From: a virus
Taxonomy: Duplodnaviria; Caudoviricetes
Direction: 5' to 3' (one strand)
Virus record (IMG/VR): IMGVR_UViG_3300032086_002223
Location: 1-56,682 of that record
Length of the DNA stretch: 56,682 nucleotides
Shown here: in pieces, positions 18,007 to 25,757 of the stretch
Numbering within the stretch: position 1 is the stretch's first letter
How the letters are laid out: the number at the start of each line of letters is the position of its first letter
The notes under the pieces: model-generated
Told to the model about the DNA's origin: nothing
Seen by the model: the letters and a program-made list of their open reading frames with translations, nothing else
Databases searched by the model: none
Position numbers and translations under genes: made by a program

Positions 18007-18882
18007 CTAATCCTTAATTTTTTCTCGAAGAGGTTTCATCTTTAAAGTTTGTTTCACTATTTTCTCTTCTTCCTCTTCATTTATATTCAGTAACTGGAAT
18101 GGGTCGTGAAATTCTCTTTCAAAGAGGGGTGCCTTTGGAGTCCATGGTTTTTCTACTTCTCCACCACCCTTTTTAAATAGGGTTTCATTTCCTTCTTTTA
18201 CATATTTGTGATAGAGAAATGGATTGTGTTCTTTTTGATATTGTTCGGTTTTAATCAAATCGATAGATGCACTCCATGTCTCTCTTCTGTATGGAAGTAT
18301 ATGCACTATTGGTGTCCCAGCAGGAATGACAAACTCCTTTCTTGTCTTGGGATAGAGAATGACTAAACCGTTTAAATCTCCACCTGTATATTTATCAGTG
18401 TCCATTACACCTTGCCAAGCTTGAAAGAATCTATTTTGAAATAGAAATGGGTCTAGGTATAAACATGAATACCCTAATGGTGTTGTTATACTCCATGGAA
18501 TTCTAATTTTAACTGCATTATTATCTTTTAAATCTTCTTCGACATCTGCCTTTGCATATTCAAAGGTGGGGAATTGACTTCTAGGATGACCATCAGTTTC
18601 ATAATTAGGATTGTGGGGACACTTTGCAAATTGTCCTAACTCATATCTAGGTGAACCATCCAAACTATCTTTCGGATATTCTATTTTTATATCTTCAACA
18701 CATACAATGTAATAACCAGTACCCAACACGTCCATCATAGAAGGACACATCTTAATGTTATCTCTTCCGTCTTGCATAACCTTCATCTGTTTCCACCAGT
18801 TTGGGTGTATGTGTTTTGCAACTACGGGACGATATTCTTTAAATGCTTTTTCGTTGGTGGTATTAAATTCTATCGTTGGCAT
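18007..18882 (-). CDS. Conserved phage protein often found with 2OG oxygenases (DUF6065-like)
   Basis: IKMCP...D....GY, PWSITTP.GYSCLY..P, GVMDTD.Y, IPAGTPIVHILPYRRE; family named from recall. Confidence 0.65.
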   Translation of the reverse strand: MPTIEFNTTNEKAFKEYRPVVAKHIHPNWWKQMKVMQDGRDNIKMCPSMMDVLGTGYYIVCVEDIKIEYPKDSLDGSPRYELGQFAKCPHNPNYETDGHPRSQFPTFEYAKADVEEDLKDNNAVKIRIPWSITTPLGYSCLYLDPFLFQNRFFQAWQGVMDTDKYTGGDLNGLVILYPKTRKEFVIPAGTPIVHILPYRRETWSASIDLIKTEQYQKEHNPFLYHKYVKEGNETLFKKGGGEVEKPWTPKAPLFEREFHDPFQLLNINEEEEEKIVKQTLKMKPLREKIKD

Positions 18883-19552
18883 AATAATCTAGTTCATTCT
18901 CTAGTCTACATGCATCACCCCTTATAACTAAGGATTGTCTACATGCATATTCACATTTTTCATTTGGAGCATCTGCATTGTGTGGTATACTCCCATCAAA
19001 CATTAATAGTCTGTTTGGTTTATAATCTACTTGAGCAATTTGATGTTCTAAAAACTCTTCTTTAAAACCATCTATTTTTTTTGCTTCTTCGTTATAAAAT
19101 CTTAGTGGCCCACCCCAATCGTCTTCCCAGTATTCGGTGTTATACCATAAGAAAGATATATTAGTTTTATTATCGGGGGAACTATCTTCATGTATTGTTC
19201 CTTGAAGACCATAGGTCTGTCCATTCATACCTGCGTATTGAAAATTTTCCCACCTAAATCCAAATTCTGTTTGAAGTTTCCAATCTAGATATCTAATTAG
19301 ATAAGTATCTTGCATATGATAGGTGTGGTCTCTAATCTTTTTATCCTTACCCTCATAGAACGTTGCACCCCAAAATAGATGACGTATCTTACCATTTCTA
19401 TTTACTTGATTATTCTGAGCCCATATAGTTCTTGAGGTGAGTCTCCTCATATTATACATGATTTCATAGGTTGCCCAGTTATCTAAGACGTAAATTTTAT
19501 CTAAAGGAAAACTTTGTATCTTAAAGGGTTTATCGAGATATACAACTTCCAT
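18863..19552 (-). CDS. 2OG-Fe(II) oxygenase, prolyl-4-hydroxylase-like
   Basis: NGQT, H-E-D, W..DWGG.L.F, YKPNRLLMFDGSIPH, R.SL. Confidence 0.85.
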   Translation of the reverse strand: MEVVYLDKPFKIQSFPLDKIYVLDNWATYEIMYNMRRLTSRTIWAQNNQVNRNGKIRHLFWGATFYEGKDKKIRDHTYHMQDTYLIRYLDWKLQTEFGFRWENFQYAGMNGQTYGLQGTIHEDSSPDNKTNISFLWYNTEYWEDDWGGPLRFYNEEAKKIDGFKEEFLEHQIAQVDYKPNRLLMFDGSIPHNADAPNEKCEYACRQSLVIRGDACRLENELDYYANDRI

Positions 19553-19555
19553 ACA

Positions 19556-20122
19556 TTACTGCTGACCTTGAAATTGCTGTACTGGAGGTAATTGTAATAG
19601 GTCGTCACAATAATCATCAAAGTCTTTGAGTTGGTCTTCTCTAGTCCTAGTGATTGTACCTACCACTTGTTCTAAGACACTATACGAACTATCTGCAAAT
19701 TCTAATACTCTTCTTGCATCTGACCTGTAAGGATGGTTTGAATCTTCTCTACCGATGTATGTAGCTTCATAAAGATTTTCAATTCTCATCTCGATACATA
19801 GTTGATAGATGTTCTTTGCAACCACTTCATACAAATCATCGATGTATTGGTTGTTTAAATTTGTTCCATCGGGTGCTTCTGCATCATCAATAAACTTCTC
19901 GATATTATCTCTATCTGAGTCTGTTAATGGATGTTTTTCGGATGCATCCCAGTTGGTTGGATTTACTTCTAAGATTTTGAATTCTTCTTGGTCGTATACG
20001 AGTCCTTCGTATTCAAAACCTAATTCGGGTTTGTCTACATTTTGATAAACAATTCTTAACCCAGTTTCTTTGATAATAACTAACGTATTAGTTGCATCAT
20101 ATATTAAAGCTCTATTTGCCAT
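19556..20122 (-). CDS. Hypothetical acidic protein (possible fibre chaperone)
   Basis: 188 aa overlapping the upstream stop; no catalytic motif recognised. Confidence 0.75.
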   Translation of the reverse strand: MANRALIYDATNTLVIIKETGLRIVYQNVDKPELGFEYEGLVYDQEEFKILEVNPTNWDASEKHPLTDSDRDNIEKFIDDAEAPDGTNLNNQYIDDLYEVVAKNIYQLCIEMRIENLYEATYIGREDSNHPYRSDARRVLEFADSSYSVLEQVVGTITRTREDQLKDFDDYCDDLLQLPPVQQFQGQQ

Positions 20123-21566
20123 TTTCTTTCACCTTTTTGTTTTCAATCTCTAAGAGATTTTTATAATAATTATATCTACCAATTTGTTGAACACTATCAT
20201 TAAAGTTTTCAATCCATGGCCCACCGTTTGTGTAATGAATCATTCTATGTTTCTTTACATTGTATGGTTCTTCTGAATAACCTTCAGTCCAACAACAATC
20301 ATCTTGAAGTTTTACCACGTTATCTGTCCATTTAAATTGATGTAGATATTGACCCGATTCTGTGTTTACAACTTCGGGTGTTAGTTTTCTACAATCCTTA
20401 TGACCATTGTTAAATATCATAAGACTTGACCATAGTTTTTTAGGATACCATACATTCTTTTCACCACCTAATTTTTCTGTAATACCTTTATCAGAAAAAT
20501 CATGATGGAAACATGCAACGGAATCAGTATGTCCTAGTGAATAGAATAAGTGTAACATATCTTCTGTGAAGATAAAGTCATCATCCACAAACATACTGAC
20601 ACCTTGATATTTCTCTAAGTATGGTATTAAGAATCTACTGTAAGTAAACTCTGTTGATTGGTTTGCGTAATCTCTAGTATACTCGGGAATCTTAGAAACG
20701 TCAAGTTTTTTAATCTTAACAAATGCATTCCATGGTACACTAGACAAGTCTCCCATTTTGTTGTTGTATCTTTCGATAGAATGTTGTATACTTTTTATAC
20801 AAACATCTGAGACTTCACCGTGTCTACTATCGTATCCTACGTATATAGTTGGAGTCTCTCCATTAAATAATGTATAGTGTAAGTAGTCGTTTGCTTCGGT
20901 ATAGTCACCTCTCATATCTCTGTTTTGATGAGCTTCAATAATACCTTGATTCCAACAATAGGATACATGATTCATATCGGGATAGAGATTATTTTTAAAT
21001 GTGTGAACTATCCACTCAGAGAATGATAGAGGTTTATGGTCATAACATACATCATATGCATCCCATACTAAACATTCAGTTTCCCATCTTTGTAAATATT
21101 TGATTGCAGAATATCTTCCAGTGCCGGGGTGGACAAAGTATCTAATCTCATCTGCATCTGCAGTAGGAGGCCAATACAACACACCTTGTGGCCCGTATTC
21201 AATTCCTTTGTTTCTGATATCTTGAACTAAGAAGTGTAATTTAGTTGCATGGTAGAGACGAGAAGAGTTCTCATCACCATTTATTCTTTCAAAGTCTTCT
21301 GCATCTACAGCTGCATCACCAACTTGTAATGCACGAAAGAAATCTCTAATTTTATGAGAAGAATCTTCTTGATAACTGACACCATACTTCTTGTGTAAGT
21401 CACCCAATGATACTATTTTGGGTTTGTATATACGTGTGATTTCATCAAACTTTTCTTTGATTTTAATCATCACTTCTTTCTTAGGTTTTGTTTTATTCAA
21501 CCCACCAAGATGGTCGTTGAAAGAACTTTTCACACTCACTGGGTCGGGTAAATCAATGTACTTCAT
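20112..21566 (-). CDS. Fusion of a ParB/Srx-like N-domain and a GT-A glycosyltransferase
   Basis: C-half IYVGYDSR, STEFTYSRFLIPYL, FVDDDF (DxD), YPKKLWSS, LHQF.W, IHYT.GGPW; N-half LVQDIRNKGI..P..YFVHPGTGRYSA. Confidence 0.8.
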   Translation of the reverse strand: MKYIDLPDPVSVKSSFNDHLGGLNKTKPKKEVMIKIKEKFDEITRIYKPKIVSLGDLHKKYGVSYQEDSSHKIRDFFRALQVGDAAVDAEDFERINGDENSSRLYHATKLHFLVQDIRNKGIEYGPQGVLYWPPTADADEIRYFVHPGTGRYSAIKYLQRWETECLVWDAYDVCYDHKPLSFSEWIVHTFKNNLYPDMNHVSYCWNQGIIEAHQNRDMRGDYTEANDYLHYTLFNGETPTIYVGYDSRHGEVSDVCIKSIQHSIERYNNKMGDLSSVPWNAFVKIKKLDVSKIPEYTRDYANQSTEFTYSRFLIPYLEKYQGVSMFVDDDFIFTEDMLHLFYSLGHTDSVACFHHDFSDKGITEKLGGEKNVWYPKKLWSSLMIFNNGHKDCRKLTPEVVNTESGQYLHQFKWTDNVVKLQDDCCWTEGYSEEPYNVKKHRMIHYTNGGPWIENFNDSVQQIGRYNYYKNLLEIENKKVKENGK

Positions 21567-21574
21567 AATACTCC

Positions 21575-21603
21575 ATTATAACATCTACTCATGTTTTAGT
21601 CAA
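21575..21603 (-). promoter_or_regulatory. Sigma70-type promoter of the enzyme cassette
   Basis: TTGACT-N17-TATAAT, one mismatch from consensus. Confidence 0.8.
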
Positions 21604-21606
21604 TAA

Positions 21607-21614
21607 TATTTAGT
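21607..21614 (-). promoter_or_regulatory. Variant T4 late promoter (ACTAAATA)
   Basis: TAAATA core just upstream of the sigma70 -35 box. Confidence 0.55.
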
Positions 21615-21622
21615 CCTTTTTT

Positions 21623-24600
21623 TTAAGACGATATTGGAGATGCAGGCCATGTAGTTGTTCCATCCCATTTCTGAACCGTATTTCTATACGGTTGCTGATA
21701 TGCATATGGTTGTATACCTACTGCAACTTTTTGACGTGTTGTCTGTGCTGGTCTCTGTCTTGAAACTCTCTGCAATACCTGTACTCTAGTTGGTCTCTGT
21801 CTTGAAACTCTTTGTAGTACCTGTGTTCTAGCAGGTCTCTGTCTAGTTACATTTTGAAGAACTTGTACTCTAGCAGGTCTTTGTCTAGTTTCAATGTTAT
21901 TGTACTGATACCCCTGTTGTACTGGTCTTCTTCTTGATTCAATGTTATTGTACTGATAACCTTGCTGTACAGGACGTTGTCTACTCTCAGTATTATTGTA
22001 CTGATAACCTTGTTGCACTGGTCTTTGTCTATTTACAATATTGTTATATTGATAACCTTGTTGCACTGGTCTTTGTCTTGTAACAACATTATTATATTGA
22101 TAAGTTTGCTGAGTAGGTCTTCTTCTTGTTTCTTGAATATTTACCTGTACTCTTGCTGGTCTCTGTCTTGAAACTCTTTGCAGTACCTGAACTCTAGCTG
22201 GTCTTCTTCTAGTTTCAACATTGTTGTATTGATAATTCTGTTGAACAGGTCTTTGTCTTGTATCAACATTATTATATTGGTAACCTTGTTGTACAGGTCT
22301 TTGTCTAGACTCAACGTTGTTATATTGATAACTTTGTTGTACAGGTCTTCTTCTAGGTGAAGGTTGGTTTACCTGAACCCTAGCTGGTCTTTGTCTAGAC
22401 TCAACGTTGTTATATTGATAACTTTGTTGTACAGGTCTTCTTCTAGATTCCTGATTGTTATATTGATAACTTTGTTGTACTGGTCTTCTTCTAGACTCTA
22501 CATTATTGTACTGATAAGACTGTTGTACTGGTCTTCTTCTTGTTTCTTGAATATTTACCTGTACTCTTGCTGGTCTTTGTCTAGACACACGTTGCAACTG
22601 TTGTACTCTTGTTGGTCTACGTCTTGATACACGTTGCAGAACTTGAGTTCTTGCTGGTCTCTGTCTTGACACCCTCTGTAATTGTTGTACTCTAACTGGT
22701 CTACGTCTTGGTACCTGATTATGATACTGGTATGCCTGTTGTACAGGTCTTCTTCTTGGTACCTGATTATGATACGTATAAGTTTGTTGAGTAGAAGTTT
22801 GTACCCTATTATGATAAGTGTATGCCTGTTGTACTGGTCTTCTTCTAGGTACCCTATTATGATACTGATACGATTGTTGTACTGGTCTTCTTCTAGGTAC
22901 CCTATTATGATACTGATACGATTGTTGTACAGGTCTACGTCTAGGTACTCTATTATGGTAGGTATAAGCTTGTTGTACAGGTCTTCTTCTTGGTACCCTA
23001 TTATGGTAGGTATAAGCTTGTTGTACAGGTCTACGTCTTGGTACCTGATTATGGTAGGTATAAGTTTGTTGTGAACTTACCTGTACCCTGTTGTGATACT
23101 GATACGATTGTTGTACTGGTCTTCTTCTAGGTTCCTGATTATTATACTGGTAACTTTGTTGTACTGGTCTACGTCTAGGTACCCTATTATGATAGGTGTA
23201 CGGTTGTTGTGTAGGTCTTCTTCTAGGAACTCTATTATGATAAGTGTAAGGTTGTGGTTGTTGAGCAGGTTGTTGCATCTCATTCATCTGACCTTGTGGC
23301 CAGCTGACACCAGCAGTTGCAGCGAATGTTACTTGGTGAACTATTGACCTATCTCTACTTCTTGTAAATACATCACCTTTGTCTCTGACAAATAGTGGGA
23401 ATCCACCACCACCACCACCGCCAGGTGATTGTGACTGCATCTGACCTTGATGCTTCCAAGCAAATGTTGCAGTTTGACCACTCATAATCTTTGCACCAAA
23501 CTGTGAATAATATGGTGCTTGTCCTGCAAAAGGTATTGAGCCTTGTCTTTGTGGGTTAGGAATGTTTTGAACACTTGTCTGTGCAGAGTTAAAATCTGCA
23601 CCAAATTCAAAGTTTACACCCTCAAATCTTAAGGAACCCTGCCACTGTCTCTGTCCAGCAAACGGACTTCTATAATGATAACTATTAACACTTGTTGTTT
23701 GGTTCTGTGGGCCATTACCTACGTAATATGGTGCTTGTGTTCCTGAGAACTGAGCCTGTGGCCCTCTAAACATCATGTTTCCTCTAAAGGAATCTCTTTC
23801 ATGACCTTTACCATCGGGTCTAGCTGGGAAACTGTACTGACTAGCAGTTGAAATACGAGAATCACTCATGGGGAAACCAAAAAACTCGAAAGAAGGTAAT
23901 AATACAGTCCTTTGTCCATAAGGTGTCTCAACCTTAATACCAGCCATGTCACCACCTCCACCGTAAATATTTGCATAGTGGATGTAAGCAGTGTGTGCGT
24001 TGTTTCTTACTGTTACCTGTCTTGTTCTAGTTGTAGGTTGGTTCAACTGATACGATTGTTGTACTGGTCTTCTTCTAGGTTCCTGATTGTTATACTGGTA
24101 AGACTGTTGGACTGGTCTACGTCTTGGTACCCTATTGTGATAGGTGTACGGTTGTTGGACTGGTCTTCTTCTTGGTACCCTCTGTAATTGTTGTACTCTA
24201 ACTGGTCTTCTTCTAGATTCCTGATTGTTATATTGATAACTTTGTTGTACAGGTCTTCTTCTAGGTTCCTGATTGTTATATTGATAACTTTGTTGTACAG
24301 GTCTTCTTCTAGGTTCCTGATTGTTATATTGATAACTTTGTTGTACAGGTCTTCTTCTAGGTTCAGTGTTATTATATTGATAACTTTGTTGTACTGGTCT
24401 TCTTCTAGGGCCAGTGTCATTATATTGATAACTTTGTTGTACTGGTCTTCTTCTAGGTGAAGGTTGGTTTACCTGAACTCTAGTTGGTCTTTGTCTAGAT
24501 TCAGTGTTATTATATTGATAACTTTGTTGTACTGGTCTTTGTCTAGATTCAGTGTTATTATATTGATAACTTTGTTGTGTACTTGCCTGTACCCTGTTGT

Positions 24601-25744
24601 GATACTGATAAGATTGTTGTACACTAGTTTGTACCCTGTTATGATACTGATAAGCTTGTTGAGTAGAAGCTTGAACTCTATTATGATATTGATAAGTCTG
24701 TTGAGTTGATGCTTGTCCTCTGTTATGATAAGTATATCCTTGTTGTACTGGTCTCTGTCTTGTTACCCTATTATGGTACTGATATGCCTGTTGTACTGGT
24801 CTACGTCTTGGTATCCTATGATGGTAGGTATAAGCTTGTTGTACAGGTCTACGTCTAGGTACTCTATTGTGGTACGTATATGTTTGTTGTGTACTTGTTT
24901 GTATCCTATTATGATAAGTGTATGCCTGTTGTACAGGTCTACGTCTTGGTACTCTATGGTGGTACGTATATGTTTGTTGTACTGGACGTTGTCTACCTAC
25001 CCTGTTATGGTACTGATACGATTGTTGTACAGGTCTACGTCTAGGTACTCTATTGTGATAAGTGTACGTTTGTTGAGTAGAAGTTTGTACCCTATTATGG
25101 TACTGATACGTTTGTTGTGTAGAAGCCTGACCCCTATTATGGTAAGTGTACCCCTGTTGTACTACACGTTGTCTATTAACCCTGTTATGATACTGGTATG
25201 ATTGTTGTACTGGTCTCTGTCTTGGTACCCTATTGTGATAGACATAAGTCTGTTGTACTGGTCTCTGTCTTGGTACCCTATTGTGATAGGTGTATCCTTG
25301 TTGTACTGGTCTCTGTCTTGTTACCCTATTATGGTAACTATAAGTTTGTTGGACTGGTCTACGTCTCTGTACCCTGTTATGGTACGTATAGTTTTGTTGA
25401 GTATTCTGTTGAACACGATTGTGATAAGTGTAATCTTGTTGAACACTCGTTTGAACACGATTGTGATACTGATACGTTTGTTGTGTAGATGCTTGTACTC
25501 TGTTATGATATTGATACGACTGTTGCACAGTGAATTGGTAAGGTTGTTGGAAGTTATAAGGTCTTGTTCCAACTGCTGGTCTAGTAGCAATTACTTGGGC
25601 TGGCATCTGTCCTGATGCCTTTATCCATCCAGTAGGTGTCTTTGTATAGACAGAATCAACTGCCGACCATTCTGTTGGGGATGTCTTTACCCAACTACCT
25701 GTTGTATTTACCCACCCCGTAGGGTTCTTAATTCGTTGTGCCAT
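21623..25744 (-). CDS. Giant mirror-repeat protein (1373 aa), putative hairpin stalk adhesin
   Basis: Two arms of 14/16-aa R/Q/Y/H repeats flanking a non-repetitive domain of about 259 aa; N-terminal W-x-K-T..W motifs; follows a fibre gene. Confidence 0.9.
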   Translation of the reverse strand: MAQRIKNPTGWVNTTGSWVKTSPTEWSAVDSVYTKTPTGWIKASGQMPAQVIATRPAVGTRPYNFQQPYQFTVQQSYQYHNRVQASTQQTYQYHNRVQTSVQQDYTYHNRVQQNTQQNYTYHNRVQRRRPVQQTYSYHNRVTRQRPVQQGYTYHNRVPRQRPVQQTYVYHNRVPRQRPVQQSYQYHNRVNRQRVVQQGYTYHNRGQASTQQTYQYHNRVQTSTQQTYTYHNRVPRRRPVQQSYQYHNRVGRQRPVQQTYTYHHRVPRRRPVQQAYTYHNRIQTSTQQTYTYHNRVPRRRPVQQAYTYHHRIPRRRPVQQAYQYHNRVTRQRPVQQGYTYHNRGQASTQQTYQYHNRVQASTQQAYQYHNRVQTSVQQSYQYHNRVQASTQQSYQYNNTESRQRPVQQSYQYNNTESRQRPTRVQVNQPSPRRRPVQQSYQYNDTGPRRRPVQQSYQYNNTEPRRRPVQQSYQYNNQEPRRRPVQQSYQYNNQEPRRRPVQQSYQYNNQESRRRPVRVQQLQRVPRRRPVQQPYTYHNRVPRRRPVQQSYQYNNQEPRRRPVQQSYQLNQPTTRTRQVTVRNNAHTAYIHYANIYGGGGDMAGIKVETPYGQRTVLLPSFEFFGFPMSDSRISTASQYSFPARPDGKGHERDSFRGNMMFRGPQAQFSGTQAPYYVGNGPQNQTTSVNSYHYRSPFAGQRQWQGSLRFEGVNFEFGADFNSAQTSVQNIPNPQRQGSIPFAGQAPYYSQFGAKIMSGQTATFAWKHQGQMQSQSPGGGGGGGFPLFVRDKGDVFTRSRDRSIVHQVTFAATAGVSWPQGQMNEMQQPAQQPQPYTYHNRVPRRRPTQQPYTYHNRVPRRRPVQQSYQYNNQEPRRRPVQQSYQYHNRVQVSSQQTYTYHNQVPRRRPVQQAYTYHNRVPRRRPVQQAYTYHNRVPRRRPVQQSYQYHNRVPRRRPVQQSYQYHNRVPRRRPVQQAYTYHNRVQTSTQQTYTYHNQVPRRRPVQQAYQYHNQVPRRRPVRVQQLQRVSRQRPARTQVLQRVSRRRPTRVQQLQRVSRQRPARVQVNIQETRRRPVQQSYQYNNVESRRRPVQQSYQYNNQESRRRPVQQSYQYNNVESRQRPARVQVNQPSPRRRPVQQSYQYNNVESRQRPVQQGYQYNNVDTRQRPVQQNYQYNNVETRRRPARVQVLQRVSRQRPARVQVNIQETRRRPTQQTYQYNNVVTRQRPVQQGYQYNNIVNRQRPVQQGYQYNNTESRQRPVQQGYQYNNIESRRRPVQQGYQYNNIETRQRPARVQVLQNVTRQRPARTQVLQRVSRQRPTRVQVLQRVSRQRPAQTTRQKVAVGIQPYAYQQPYRNTVQKWDGTTTWPASPISS
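21746..23254 (-). repeat. C-terminal repeat arm (42/48-nt coding units)
   Basis: 32 full units (20 long, 10 RxRP-only, 2 YxY-only) plus partial end units. Confidence 0.95.
24032..25525 (-). repeat. N-terminal repeat arm (42/48-nt coding units)
   Basis: 32 full units (20 long, 10 YxY-only, 2 RxRP-only) plus a partial first unit. Confidence 0.95.
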
Positions 25745-25757
25745 ATTATATTAACTC

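Noticed and set aside
21746-25525. Regular 42/48-nt repeats as a CRISPR array or DGR template
   Set aside because: Units are in-frame multiples of three with synonymous variation and no unique spacers; no cas or reverse transcriptase gene in the window
21962-25615. Many Leu/Ile-rich plus-strand and alternative-frame ORFs over the repeats
   Set aside because: Shadows of the low-complexity coding repeat, with no independent expression signals seen
21623-25744. Mirror symmetry caused by a DNA inverted repeat
   Set aside because: The reverse complement of a unit does not resemble any unit; the symmetry exists only in unit order and protein complementarity
21623-25744. Polyprotein RiPP-like precursor cut at RRR sites and tailored by the downstream enzymes
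   Set aside because: Many units lack the basic site, no dedicated protease is nearby, and released peptides would not need strict mirror order; disfavoured but not formally excluded
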